Origin: a virus
Lineage: Duplodnaviria > Caudoviricetes
Length of the DNA: 64,000 nucleotides
IMG/VR virus record: IMGVR_UViG_3300034155_000027
Location: 1 to 64,000 of that record
Strand: one strand, 5' to 3'
How positions within the stretch are numbered: the first letter of the stretch is position 1; the number at the start of each line of letters is the position of its first letter. The notes beneath the pieces were generated by a model, which saw nothing but the letters and a program-made list of their open reading frames with translations, did not search any database and had not been told where the DNA came from. Both the position numbers and the translations under genes were made by a program. This document shows, one piece after another, positions 10,442-21,400 of this stretch.

Positions 10442-11355
10442 TTATTTCCTTTTTATGTGGGCAATAACCGTAAGATCCGTGAGATCTGTTACAGTTCATA
10501 CACAAAACTCTAAATTTATCTTTTGGATATCCATTTTTTTTAAGCCAGTTATATAATATAGCACCACCACCTCCACCAAGCTCTTTACAATGAGCTTTTC
10601 CACCACCATAAATATGATCTATTGATAATACATCTATATCATTAATATGACAACACTCACATTTTCCACCATAATTATTTATAGTCTCTTTTTTTAATTT
10701 TATATATGATATATTTATTTTCTTTTTATCAGTACTAGGTTTTATTATTTGTTTTTTTATAGAATTTATTCTATTAGCACATTTGCTATGATCTCTGTAT
10801 TTTAAATTACAGTTATGAAATAAAACTCTATATTCATTTGGATAACCACTATTTTTTACATCTAAATATAATCTAAAAGAACTTCCCACTCTACGTCTAT
10901 GATCTGCACCATTATTTAGTTTATGATCTAAAGCTAAAAACTCATAATGATTTTCACCACAAATTTCACAACATAAATTAGGAGAATAATGTGTTAATAC
11001 TTCTAATCTAAGAGTGTCTCGGCGTTCTTTTTGTTGTTTGCGTAAATCTTCTTTATGTTCTATTTTATATTTTTTATTATAAATTAGCTTGTCTTCTAGC
11101 CTTTCTTCTAATGCTTATTTTTTCAGCATGTTTCTTTTGATATACTTTAATAACATCTTTACTTTCAACGTTATATTTCTTTTTATATTTTTTTCTTTTT
11201 TCTACATTATTAATGGTTTTTTCTTTACTACACTTTATACATACATAATCAATTGTAGAACGATTTTTTCTATTACAAATATAATAGTCTTTTATATCTT
11301 GCCAACCATGTTTTTTACACTCTCTATGTCCGTATCCATCATTTGTAGTTTTCAT
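10431..11355 (-). pseudogene. Frameshifted HNH-like zinc-binding endonuclease with two tandem nuclease domains (joins track ORFs 11077..11355 and 10431..10889)
   Basis: The frame of 10431..10889 is open upstream to about 11114. It encodes CCEICGENHYEFLALDHKLNNG...RVLFHNCN before CECCHINDIDVLSIDHIYGGG...RVLCMNCN, and overlaps the end of 11077..11355 in the +1 frame. Confidence 0.7.
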
Positions 11356-12317
11356 AAACTCTCACAAATTCTAAAAGCATCTATTGTAGACAAAGTTCTA
11401 TCTGTAAATATATCACTCTCGGAACCAATAAATTCTGCATTTTTCAACAAATCATATGGACCAGATAAAGGTTTGGAAATAATTTTCGCTTTACTTATTA
11501 ATAATGTTATTAATAACCAATCTATATCTGTAGATAATACTATCCAAGAGTTTAATAGAATTTGTAATATCTTCCTAAAATCATATTCTAAAGCTAATAT
11601 ATTTGTACCATAAAACAAATTAACATTCTTGGTAAAAACAATAACTTTAATTCTTTTATTATATGCCAACTGTGCAAATTCTTTTATATTATTTAAATTC
11701 CAACCCAATACATTTTCATTTGCCTTATTTAATATAATAGTAATTATCTTAGATCTTTGTTTTATTTTCCCAGTTTTGATTAAATCATCATAAATTTCAC
11801 TATTTAATTTCCTTAATTTTGGAGTATAGTTATTCCAAGGAATCATAGAATTTCTATATATTTGTTCTATAATAGAAATATTAAGTTCCTTAGGATTTTT
11901 ACCATTCCAAGAATACTGTATTAAATAATTGCATAAAACATTAAAATAAGCATTATTGTTTTTATCAAAAAACAATGGAACAGGATATTTTTTAACTTTT
12001 TCTTTTGTTAATTTGATATTTGTATGGCTACATAAACCTTGAACATTTGAAAAATAAGAAAACTCTGAATTACCTAACCAATATATTTTATGTTTAGTGT
12101 CAATAGCAGCAATAGCTTCAGCTACACATAGAGAACAAAAAGATTCAATTAATCCTCCAAAAGCTGTAATAAATATATCTTTATTATCCAAAACTCTATG
12201 CCAAATTTCATAATCAATTTTAGGAATAATTATATTGTTCTTAATAAACCAAGGAATACCAGGAGAAAATGGAAAGAATTTTGGACGAGATATTATTACT
12301 TTTTTCTTTCTTCCCAT
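11352..12317 (-). CDS. Hypothetical protein, possibly a degenerate GT9-like glycosyltransferase
   Basis: TAFGGLIESF and LNSWIVLSTD loosely resemble heptosyltransferase-family motifs; cluster context. Confidence 0.35.
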   Translation of the reverse strand: MGRKKKVIISRPKFFPFSPGIPWFIKNNIIIPKIDYEIWHRVLDNKDIFITAFGGLIESFCSLCVAEAIAAIDTKHKIYWLGNSEFSYFSNVQGLCSHTNIKLTKEKVKKYPVPLFFDKNNNAYFNVLCNYLIQYSWNGKNPKELNISIIEQIYRNSMIPWNNYTPKLRKLNSEIYDDLIKTGKIKQRSKIITIILNKANENVLGWNLNNIKEFAQLAYNKRIKVIVFTKNVNLFYGTNILALEYDFRKILQILLNSWIVLSTDIDWLLITLLISKAKIISKPLSGPYDLLKNAEFIGSESDIFTDRTLSTIDAFRICESL

Positions 12318-12320
12318 GTT

Positions 12321-13112
12321 TTAATCTTCTAGTTTATATTTTCCTTGCCATTTTTCCTTAAAATATTTTACATTTTGAGGCATCATAATTTTATTTACAG
12401 GATTTTTTTTAAGTGTTGCACTTTCCTCATGGTAGATTAATGTATTTCCACAATACATTATTTTTTTACCAGAAAAATTCTTTATTTGTAAACAAGCATC
12501 TATATCTTCAAATGCCCAAAAGAACTTTTCGTCAAAACCTACCCTTCCGCTTTTATTTGTTTTGCAAATTTCTTTATAATATTTTGCTTTTGTTAAAAAG
12601 ACAGCTCCGGTAATTGCTTGGAACTCTCTAGTTGTTTCAGATATTTTATCAGAAATTTCATTATATCTATAATGATAAGGTAAGTAATTATATTTCTTAA
12701 CAAAACAAACCCCAGCATGTTGTAATCTATTAGAGTTTGGATATAATATCCTAGCACCTACGACTCCAACATCTTCTTTCATTAAAGAAGAAATTTCTTT
12801 AATAGATTTTGTATCACCAAACCAAAGATCGTTATTTAATAATAAAACCAAATCATCATCTTCTGGTTTTGCTAATTCAAATAATTTATTCATTCCTATA
12901 GAAAAAGAATCTCTATTATGTCCACGAAATAATATTTCTATATTCTCATTTTGAATGGATGATAAAAATTCTATAGACCCATCATTAGAACCATTGTCCT
13001 TAATAAACCATTTCCAATTAAAAATTTCCAATGCTGGAATAAGAGATTTATACAATCTCTCTATTTTTTCTTTTCCGTTCCAGTGTAAAGTCAAGATATA
13101 AAGTTTTTGCAT
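12321..13112 (-). CDS. GT2 family glycosyltransferase
   Basis: DNGSNDGS, LLLNND, QHAG, GFDEKFFWAFEDID, HEESAT. Confidence 0.9.
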   Translation of the reverse strand: MQKLYILTLHWNGKEKIERLYKSLIPALEIFNWKWFIKDNGSNDGSIEFLSSIQNENIEILFRGHNRDSFSIGMNKLFELAKPEDDDLVLLLNNDLWFGDTKSIKEISSLMKEDVGVVGARILYPNSNRLQHAGVCFVKKYNYLPYHYRYNEISDKISETTREFQAITGAVFLTKAKYYKEICKTNKSGRVGFDEKFFWAFEDIDACLQIKNFSGKKIMYCGNTLIYHEESATLKKNPVNKIMMPQNVKYFKEKWQGKYKLED

Positions 13113-13120
13113 GGCTAAGA

Positions 13121-13426
13121 TTAAACCTCAAATTGTTTTGTGTTCAAAGCTCCCAGTCTTTGTTTTACATCAGAACGATTGCCCTGAACAGTCCAGACAT
13201 GTTTCAGTAATGATCTGCGATCCTTCTCAAGTTCCGCTTGGAGAAATTGCAAAGCCTCTCGTTCAAGATAATCAATTTCACCACACAAATCTGGGTTTTG
13301 GCGCAAATCACTTGCTGGTTTACCATAAATTGATTCTATATTAAAATCAACATCTTCTATTGCTCTTTGTTCTAATGTTTCTTCATTAATTTTTAATTTG
13401 CTTAAATAATCTTCTTGATTAAACAT
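13121..13426 (-). CDS. Hypothetical protein, about 101 aa
   Basis: Start moved to ATG 13426 (MFNQEDY), preceded by GGAG and overlapping the upstream stop codon. Confidence 0.55.
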   Translation of the reverse strand: MFNQEDYLSKLKINEETLEQRAIEDVDFNIESIYGKPASDLRQNPDLCGEIDYLEREALQFLQAELEKDRRSLLKHVWTVQGNRSDVKQRLGALNTKQFEV

Positions 13427-14180
13427 AGGTTTCTCCAAAGTTGTTATTAGAAATCCACTTATTGGTAAAAATTTTCTTAGATTCAAGATACATATTTGCC
13501 AATCCAAGTTTGTTACTTGTCATTCGTCCGAAGTGAGAAACTGGAACTGAGACTAGCGAAAACTCGATCTTTATTTGTTTTGCCCGAAATGATAAATCAG
13601 TATCTTCGAAATATGATGAAAACTCTGTTGAAAACGGACCACAATCTGATCTTATTATTAATTTTTCCCAAGTATTTCTAGATGCTGTTAAATTCCATCC
13701 AGACATATACACCAATCCTTTAGTTGGTATTTTAGAACTTTCACAAATAAAATTAAAATTATTATCTAATACTCCAATTGTTGGACCTACTAATTTTCCC
13801 TTTTCAGATTCTTTTATAATCTCTTCTGTCCAATTGTTTTTATTATCCATTATCTTAATGTCATTATTTAAAAACATAATATGTTCGCCAACAGAATTAA
13901 TATATCCTAAATTACAAGCTCTACTAAAACCTAACCTTGATTTGTCTCTTATTATTTTTAATCTATTTTTAGATATTAGAGATTTTGTTTCATCTGTTGA
14001 ACCATTATCAACAATTATTATTTCATGATTGCTTGGTAATAATAAAAGATCATTAATACATCTTTTTGTAAATTTATAATTATTAAATACTGGAATGATT
14101 ATTGATAATTTTTTTTCAGTTGAGTTAGTCATGTTGGCATGGTCCTTGCTAAATGCTCTTATTAGATCTAAGAAGATCAT
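13419..14180 (-). CDS. GT2 family glycosyltransferase
   Basis: LSIIIPVFN, IVDNGSTD, FLNND, YFEDTDLSFR. Confidence 0.9.
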   Translation of the reverse strand: MIFLDLIRAFSKDHANMTNSTEKKLSIIIPVFNNYKFTKRCINDLLLLPSNHEIIIVDNGSTDETKSLISKNRLKIIRDKSRLGFSRACNLGYINSVGEHIMFLNNDIKIMDNKNNWTEEIIKESEKGKLVGPTIGVLDNNFNFICESSKIPTKGLVYMSGWNLTASRNTWEKLIIRSDCGPFSTEFSSYFEDTDLSFRAKQIKIEFSLVSVPVSHFGRMTSNKLGLANMYLESKKIFTNKWISNNNFGETYV

Positions 14181-14229
14181 ATATATACTGGGGCAGCTTT
14201 TTTGATTTATTTATCGATTAGGAAATCAT

Positions 14230-14253
14230 AAAAACCCTGACTCTGGGTCAGAA
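14230..14253 (-). terminator. Putative intrinsic terminator after the GT4 gene
   Basis: Minus strand TCTGAC-CCAGA-GTCAGG-GTTTTT immediately after the stop at 14255. Confidence 0.5.
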
Positions 14254-14254
14254 A

Positions 14255-15367
14255 TCAGGTACAAATAGAGATAATACTAGAAGCAACATTATCCCAAGTG
14301 AATTTAGAAACAGTACTATTCATATTAGGTGAAAATGTTTTTACCAAAGAATTTGTATTATTTACTGCTTGTTGTAATTTTTTAGCACAATCATTTGTAT
14401 CTATTTCAAAATGAACCGCAAAATTATTAGAGCTTAAATATTGATGATCTTTTGGAGCTCTAACTATTTTCCCATCTATTAACAAAGAATTATTCTTATT
14501 ACAGAAATCTAATTGCCCACCATAATTAGGAACAACATTAATTAAATTACAAGCTAATGCTTCTAGTGAAGGTAGATGCCAACATTCAGCATGTGTTGCT
14601 GAAAAATTAATATCACATGATTTATATATATCTGATATATTAGGTATATAATCAAATATTAATTCCACTTCAGCATGTTTTGGGAATTTATTCTCCCAAG
14701 TTTTATAAATCGAATTAAAATCAATATTAAAAACAAATTCTGTTTTATTTGATTTAAAAATTTTAGCAACAAGACAAACATCATCATCTTTGGTAAAAGC
14801 TTTACCAAATGAAGTTAATGCTAATGGAATTGCTTTCCTTTTATGCGGTTGTGCAATATTAAGTAATATTTTTTTAGATTTTTTAGTTCTTAATGGCCAT
14901 TTTGTATTACCAGAAAATTCTTCTATATTTATCCCGTGCGGAATAACTACCATTTTGTTTTCTGGTATTTTCATAGATAGAAATACTTCTTTGGTAAAGT
15001 TAGATGATGGCAATACCATATCAGTTGCTTTACAATACTTTGCAAAACCATTTAATAATGCAATATCAATATTACCTTTATTGTTATATTCATAATTCCA
15101 AATTGCAAAACGGTTTTTTGTACCATAAGATAAAAACAATTGCCAATTATGTGGTTGTGTATAACTTATTTGACAATCATAAATACCAGTAGGGTTTAAT
15201 TTTGTATATGGCTTTAAATCATTAGGATGATAAAGTGGATTTATTCCATCAGTAGATATAAACTCTACTGTATGTCCTTGTTTAATTAAAGCTCTTCCTA
15301 TATTCTGTCCTACAGATGCCCAGGAATGTAATTTACCAAATAAAAATTGCTGTATTTTAATGCGCAT
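14255..15367 (-). CDS. GT4 family glycosyltransferase
   Basis: VIPHGI, NIAQPHKRKA, ECWHLPSLEALAC (EX7E). Confidence 0.88.
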   Translation of the reverse strand: MRIKIQQFLFGKLHSWASVGQNIGRALIKQGHTVEFISTDGINPLYHPNDLKPYTKLNPTGIYDCQISYTQPHNWQLFLSYGTKNRFAIWNYEYNNKGNIDIALLNGFAKYCKATDMVLPSSNFTKEVFLSMKIPENKMVVIPHGINIEEFSGNTKWPLRTKKSKKILLNIAQPHKRKAIPLALTSFGKAFTKDDDVCLVAKIFKSNKTEFVFNIDFNSIYKTWENKFPKHAEVELIFDYIPNISDIYKSCDINFSATHAECWHLPSLEALACNLINVVPNYGGQLDFCNKNNSLLIDGKIVRAPKDHQYLSSNNFAVHFEIDTNDCAKKLQQAVNNTNSLVKTFSPNMNSTVSKFTWDNVASSIISICT

Positions 15368-15389
15368 ATCTTCTTTCAGAAGAAATGCG
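15363..15389 (-). promoter_or_regulatory. Hairpin burying the GT4 start codon
   Basis: mRNA CGCAU-U-UCUUCU-GAA-AGAAGA-U-AUGCG; the AUG lies in the 3' arm. Confidence 0.4.
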
Positions 15390-15411
15390 GAACTTTTCTC
15401 GACTTTAAAAT

Positions 15412-18400
15412 TTAAATTACTGTGGTTACTCCACTAGTAAATAATCCTGCAACTTGATTATAATGAACAACCAAAGGAGTGTTATTAAATCCTGATTTTT
15501 TCAAGTATACTGTAATTTGAATTTTTGTTCGTAATTCTTGATAAACAACACTATTATTAACGTCTTTTAATCCAACTGTTAAAATTCCTGTTGTTTGATC
15601 AATATTAATACCAATGATATTATCAATTATTATACCAAACCCATCAGTACTATCATATCCATCTAAACTTGGACAAATAGATTGAATTGCTACGCCAAAT
15701 CTAATTTGATTGTTTGTTAACGCAGAAGAATCAACAAAAGAACAATCTGCAAATTTTACAGCAGGATATCCCGCTGATGTAAAACCAGTTCCATTATCCG
15801 CTATGAATTTTTCAAAAACATTTAATAATGCATGAACAAATGTTTTTCTAATTGGGAATTCTAATACAATTGAATGTATTTCAAAATCTTGTTTAAATAA
15901 AGATCCGTCTTTATCAAGAATTTGTCCTTTACCAATAATTAAATTATTTGGTACAAAAAAATCATTTCTACCAGGATTACATGATCCTGACATTGTTTCA
16001 AAAACCTCTTCACAAACTACTGGACCAGAATCTCCACATACACCGGTTTCATCAAATAAATAAGTAGCATTATCAGCATAAGTAAATGTTGCTGGTACTA
16101 ATCTGGCCTCACTGCTAAACTGCAATAAATGATCTTTCCAATATTGAATTGGACGCACTCTAAAATCTACAGGCGCAAATGGAACAGTTGTAAATATAGG
16201 ATTTGAAGCATTTATATTTGGAACATTATTCCATCCATAATATTTAAGTTCAATAGAACTTAAATCATCAGGATCTATTATATTGTTTCCAATGTATCCA
16301 TCTAATCTGATGTAATTATTACAATCATAATATCCATCAAAACGTCCAGTTGCATTTTGAACTTCTATATCTAAATGAGTAAAACTTGATCCTACAGGAA
16401 ATGAATTTGTTACTTTAGAAATATAATCGGATAATAAATCAATATCATTACTTGTAATATACCCATCACCATCTACATCTGCTCTTAAAATTTCTAGAGT
16501 TGTAAATGTACCATCTAAAATTGCTTGCTGTGTCGAGTTTAAAGAAAGTGATTGGTTTATTAATTCTGAAGCTCTGTGTAAATCAGTAGAATCAATTACA
16601 CCATCTCCGTTTACATCTCCATACCCATCCGTACAAAGACGTACTTTTGTTATTTTATATCCAGTACCAGCACAATCATCATTTGGTATAAGTTTGCTTC
16701 CAACTAATTGTTGTGAAATTAAATCAGGATTTGGATTGATTACTGTAAATATATTTGTGTTTACTAAACCAGGATAAAGTTGAGTTCCATAAATTACAAC
16801 ATTGTTTTTTGCATTAATATCTCTAGCACATCCAATTATTAATGGTTCTGAAGAAGCTTGTAATTCTACTAATGTAGTTGTTGTTGCAAAACTAAAACTT
16901 GGTTCATATTTCTGTCTAGCAAATACAGGGTTTCCAGTTCTTTCGTCTTGTTCTTGTTGAGACTGTTCTCTAATAGCTGATATAATTCCAGTATTTAATG
17001 TATTTTGACCAGTATCAGAAAACGGTAATTGATCCATTGAAAAATCAACCAAAGCACCAATATTATTAATATTAGTTTTTTGAATTTCTATACCTTTACC
17101 ATCATCATATGCAAAACCATCTGCAATTTTAGCTGTATCAGACCAAACTTGATACCACAAATCTTCTTCTGGTACATCTGTCCAAACACTAGCAAATACT
17201 GAAAAACGATCATCTGTAGTTTGACTATTTCCAATACCAGTAAATAACGTTCCAATACTAGCATCTCCGGCTCTACCAATTGAAATTGCATAATACTTAC
17301 CAACAACAATTACTGGATTTGCTGAGTTTCCTAATAAAGAACTGTTAAAAACAAAATCAATTGGCTGTAATACATCGGTTAATACATATCCTTGATCTTC
17401 TAAATCAGATTGATCAATACTGAATTGTGTTAATGGCTCAGCCTTAGGATCAAATTCAATAGCTAATTCTGGAATTAATTCACTTGCACAAGCTACTGTT
17501 GATTGTAATTCGTATACACTTACAATTAATTCTCCGCTCCAATCATATTTATTAATTAAATCTACTTCTTCATCTTTTCTTACACCTAATAATAATGTTA
17601 TCTTTTGAATATTATTTGTTTTTGCAATAAATTTTTCAGCTATCCTTGTAGTAATATCATTTATTTCTAATTCAAAATCTCTTTTTACTGTAGTATTTAT
17701 ATGTAAATCATCTACACTATATTCATCACCAATTCCTGACTGAATTGATTGTTTTAAAGTAATTATAGGATCTTCATTTTCTGTTGTTAAAGATATTTTA
17801 AAATCTCTAAAGAACAGGTTTGGTTCAACGTCTTGTGCAATCATAATTGCATCACGAGACAATTGATAACTAGATGTTTCTCTTAATAATATTCTACCAC
17901 CCAAATCTCTAGAACAATTACTGTTACCAAGAAAATCATTACAATAAACACAAAGTAATTTAGCATAATGTTTTTTAGTTACTTGTTTTTCTTTTTTATA
18001 GAAATAAAACCTATCGTATTGTAAATTTCCTTGAAAATCTAAACCTATAATTAATACTTTAGTGCTTAACCTTCCACCAACAGTTGAAATACCACGAATG
18101 TCAGAATCAGTTAATTCAACTTCAATTTGATTACCTAAAGAAGTATCTGTAGTAGATGTAAGTGGTCTTAATCCAGTTCCATCAAAATCATTTGATGCAA
18201 TTAATACTAATTGATCTGGGAATAAATTATCAGAATCAAATAATATTTTTTGAGTAAATGAAGATGGTAGTACACCAGATCCAAAATGATTCTGAATAAT
18301 AGAAGCATCAATATTCAAGTTTCTATCTTGCTCTACTACCATATCAACTTGATCAACACGCTGACCATCATACCAATGATTATGTATTTGAGATATTGAT

Positions 18401-18414
18401 TTTCTAGTTGTCAT
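15412..18414 (-). CDS. Virion/baseplate-associated structural protein with a dockerin-like duplicated Ca-binding loop
   Basis: GDVNGDGVIDSTDL and ADVDGDGYITSNDI; lies downstream of the wedge genes; 5 DGY. Confidence 0.55.
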   Translation of the reverse strand: MTTRKSISQIHNHWYDGQRVDQVDMVVEQDRNLNIDASIIQNHFGSGVLPSSFTQKILFDSDNLFPDQLVLIASNDFDGTGLRPLTSTTDTSLGNQIEVELTDSDIRGISTVGGRLSTKVLIIGLDFQGNLQYDRFYFYKKEKQVTKKHYAKLLCVYCNDFLGNSNCSRDLGGRILLRETSSYQLSRDAIMIAQDVEPNLFFRDFKISLTTENEDPIITLKQSIQSGIGDEYSVDDLHINTTVKRDFELEINDITTRIAEKFIAKTNNIQKITLLLGVRKDEEVDLINKYDWSGELIVSVYELQSTVACASELIPELAIEFDPKAEPLTQFSIDQSDLEDQGYVLTDVLQPIDFVFNSSLLGNSANPVIVVGKYYAISIGRAGDASIGTLFTGIGNSQTTDDRFSVFASVWTDVPEEDLWYQVWSDTAKIADGFAYDDGKGIEIQKTNINNIGALVDFSMDQLPFSDTGQNTLNTGIISAIREQSQQEQDERTGNPVFARQKYEPSFSFATTTTLVELQASSEPLIIGCARDINAKNNVVIYGTQLYPGLVNTNIFTVINPNPDLISQQLVGSKLIPNDDCAGTGYKITKVRLCTDGYGDVNGDGVIDSTDLHRASELINQSLSLNSTQQAILDGTFTTLEILRADVDGDGYITSNDIDLLSDYISKVTNSFPVGSSFTHLDIEVQNATGRFDGYYDCNNYIRLDGYIGNNIIDPDDLSSIELKYYGWNNVPNINASNPIFTTVPFAPVDFRVRPIQYWKDHLLQFSSEARLVPATFTYADNATYLFDETGVCGDSGPVVCEEVFETMSGSCNPGRNDFFVPNNLIIGKGQILDKDGSLFKQDFEIHSIVLEFPIRKTFVHALLNVFEKFIADNGTGFTSAGYPAVKFADCSFVDSSALTNNQIRFGVAIQSICPSLDGYDSTDGFGIIIDNIIGINIDQTTGILTVGLKDVNNSVVYQELRTKIQITVYLKKSGFNNTPLVVHYNQVAGLFTSGVTTVI

Positions 18415-18420
18415 ATTTTG

Positions 18421-21400
18421 CTACTTGTAATATTTTAGGCTTACCTTAGAGGTAGCTGGTTTTAATGCCGAAATAAGAGCTTCCAACACAGTTTGAACTC
18501 GTTGATCACCAGTAACTATGCTAAAAGAATCAATGATATCTATATCAAAATTAAAAATTCCAAATGCAGGATCTCTAATTATTGCAAAGTCCTCTGTTTT
18601 CTCAATAATTTGATTGAAATCAAATAAAAACGTTGTGAAAGCATCTTGTATAGATGGATAAATATAATTCTTGTTAATATTATAATATACATCTACCGGT
18701 TGTCCTGATACTATTAAAGGATCAATTGATCTATTTGATAGTTTTAAATTATCAAACCTTGCCTGTGCTCCAAAATTTCCAGCAAAATCTTGTCCCCAAG
18801 AAAATTGCATTATAGTATCATTGAAATTTATATCATAGGTTGTATGTTGATTAGAAGAACCACCAATTGATGTTTGTCCAAATATTAAACCTTGACCAAA
18901 TAATATATTTCCAGCACCGAATAATAATGCTCCTTTTTCTTCACCGTCAATAAACAATCTAATTTCATCTCTATTGTCTTGTCTATTAAATTTAAAAGAA
19001 GCCCTGATCCTATGCCATGTATCCCTTGGCCAGAAAACCATTTGTCTTGTCTGAAATTCTTTCCCATTAGCACTTACTGTAAATGTTATATATCCAGCAT
19101 TGTCTTTGGCAATAGTTAATCTATCACCTTTAATTCCTGTTGGTATATATGCTATTTTTACAGGCGTATTTTGATAAGGTAACGCTTTATTTAATGTTAG
19201 TGTTTTACCGTCTGTTCCAATACTACCACCAGAAAAATAATCAATTCCTTTTAATGTAGTATCGTCTGCCAGCCTTACATAAACAACTCTACTAACACGT
19301 CCAGAAAGTTTAACTTTTCCTTTAGTTAAAGAAACAGCTTCTTCAATAACATTTGAAGCAGCATCAAAATATACTCTAGTATTAGGATCATTATACGTAT
19401 CAAATCTTGGACTTACCCAGAATTCTATCATTCCTTCATTTGATGTATCTAGTCTTCCATCATTATCAAATACAAGTCCTTTATTTTTAATAACTATACT
19501 ATGACCAAATATATTATTTACACTTTCTCCAGATTGTATATATTGTTTATTTGCAAATTTATATACATCACTATCATTTATTAAAGGAGTTTCATTAAAA
19601 TGAAATAATGCTAATGTATCTTGGGTTTTAATAAATGGAGCATATTTAACAGATCCTGTTGTAATTGATTCTTCGTTATCTCCAACGGTTTCGCCAATTC
19701 TTGTATCTGTTAATTGTCTGTTTAAAATTCTAAATTCATCAATAATTGCTTTTACTGGACTTTCTAAAGTTAAAGCATTTCCTATTATTCCATATTGATC
19801 CATAGGATCAAATTGTACAGATAAATATGTGGCATAATCAATTTCATACCAACCAGGTGGTAATAAATATGGTGTATTTGATAAACCGGCTCTTTCTAAA
19901 AAGAAAAACCCATTTTGAAAACCACTTCTTCCTATACTTATATTAAATGAGGAATATACACCGTTAGTAAATGCTGTTCCAGTAACTTTATTTAATTTAA
20001 CTGTAAAATCATCAATGCGTTCTTCAATTATATAATAATCAGCAACTGATATTGGACTGGTTATTTGTATTAATTGTCCAATAGAAGAGTTTGTAAAATA
20101 ACCAAGAGGATCACTTACAATATCACTACCATCAGATTGTAATGCTGCTCCAGCTTGAGTTTTATAAGAATATCTAATTACTGGATAAATATTATTTCCA
20201 TTTGGTTCTGTAATTGAATACGGATCTTTAATTTCTATACCAACACTATCTAATGTAGGATCTGTAGGTGTAACAACAACATCAATAGAACTAATATCCA
20301 TCCATTTATAACTAGTGCTTTGTTTTCCAGGATTTGAAAAAGATAATGTTTCAACAATACCACCTGAAGAAGTTCCGTTTAAAGCAACTAATACTGGAGA
20401 TGAAAAGCTTGTATTTCCACCAGTAACTCTAACTTGAAGATATCTTCCTTCTATTGAATTTGATGGTTGTGTATATCCATCTAAATTAGCTTGAAATTCT
20501 CCTGATATTAAACTTGAATTAGTTGGACCAATAATAGTAAGTGGTAATACCACTGTTTTAATTGAAACATCATCGAGGTTTATTGGTGGTGGTAGTCCTG
20601 TTTTTAATGTTGCGCTTTCACTCCATAAAAACACTAAATCTCTACATCTTCGATGATTTAATCCAAATGTTTTTATAAGTATAATATCTCCAGCTTCTAT
20701 ATTTCCTAAAATCTTTAATATTCTCTGATTTAAAGTATTTCTTTCAATAGAGTATGAAGGTATTTCTGCTCTTGTTCCAGGAATTTCTATTTCATATCCA
20801 TCTCTAGAAATAAATACACCAATATTTTTATAAATATCAATTTCTGTACCAACTATAAATTCTACTGGGTTTATACTAAATCTAGCATTTCCCAATGTAG
20901 CTGGCATATCTGTATTTAAAACAAGTTGATTACCAATTATATCTGCAATATAATATGTAGTAAATCCTTGTTCTAGAATCTCTATAGGATCTCCTATATT
21001 TACCAAAGAAGAAAAGTTTATTGTATCAGACCTAACAATATCAGATCCTTGATTAATTACTAAATCATTATATGTTACTGATGTTTTAGTAACAACACCG
21101 ACTAATTGTTCAGGTACTATTTTCCTAAATCTTTCATTTGTAATAATTGGCGGTATATTTCCATATCTTGCAATATTTGGTGTTTCTAACCCATCAACAT
21201 ATAAATGCATTTCATCACGATGATCTGATGAATTTAAAATCCATGAAATTGCTAAATCATGTGATTCTCCAACTACCCAGTTTTGTATATCTGCACTAAC
21301 TTGATATACATTTCTTTTTTCTAATTGAAGTGCTCCAAAACCACCCTTATCCCATACTTCGAATACTAAAAACCCTCTTCCGTCTTTATATAAAGAAAAT

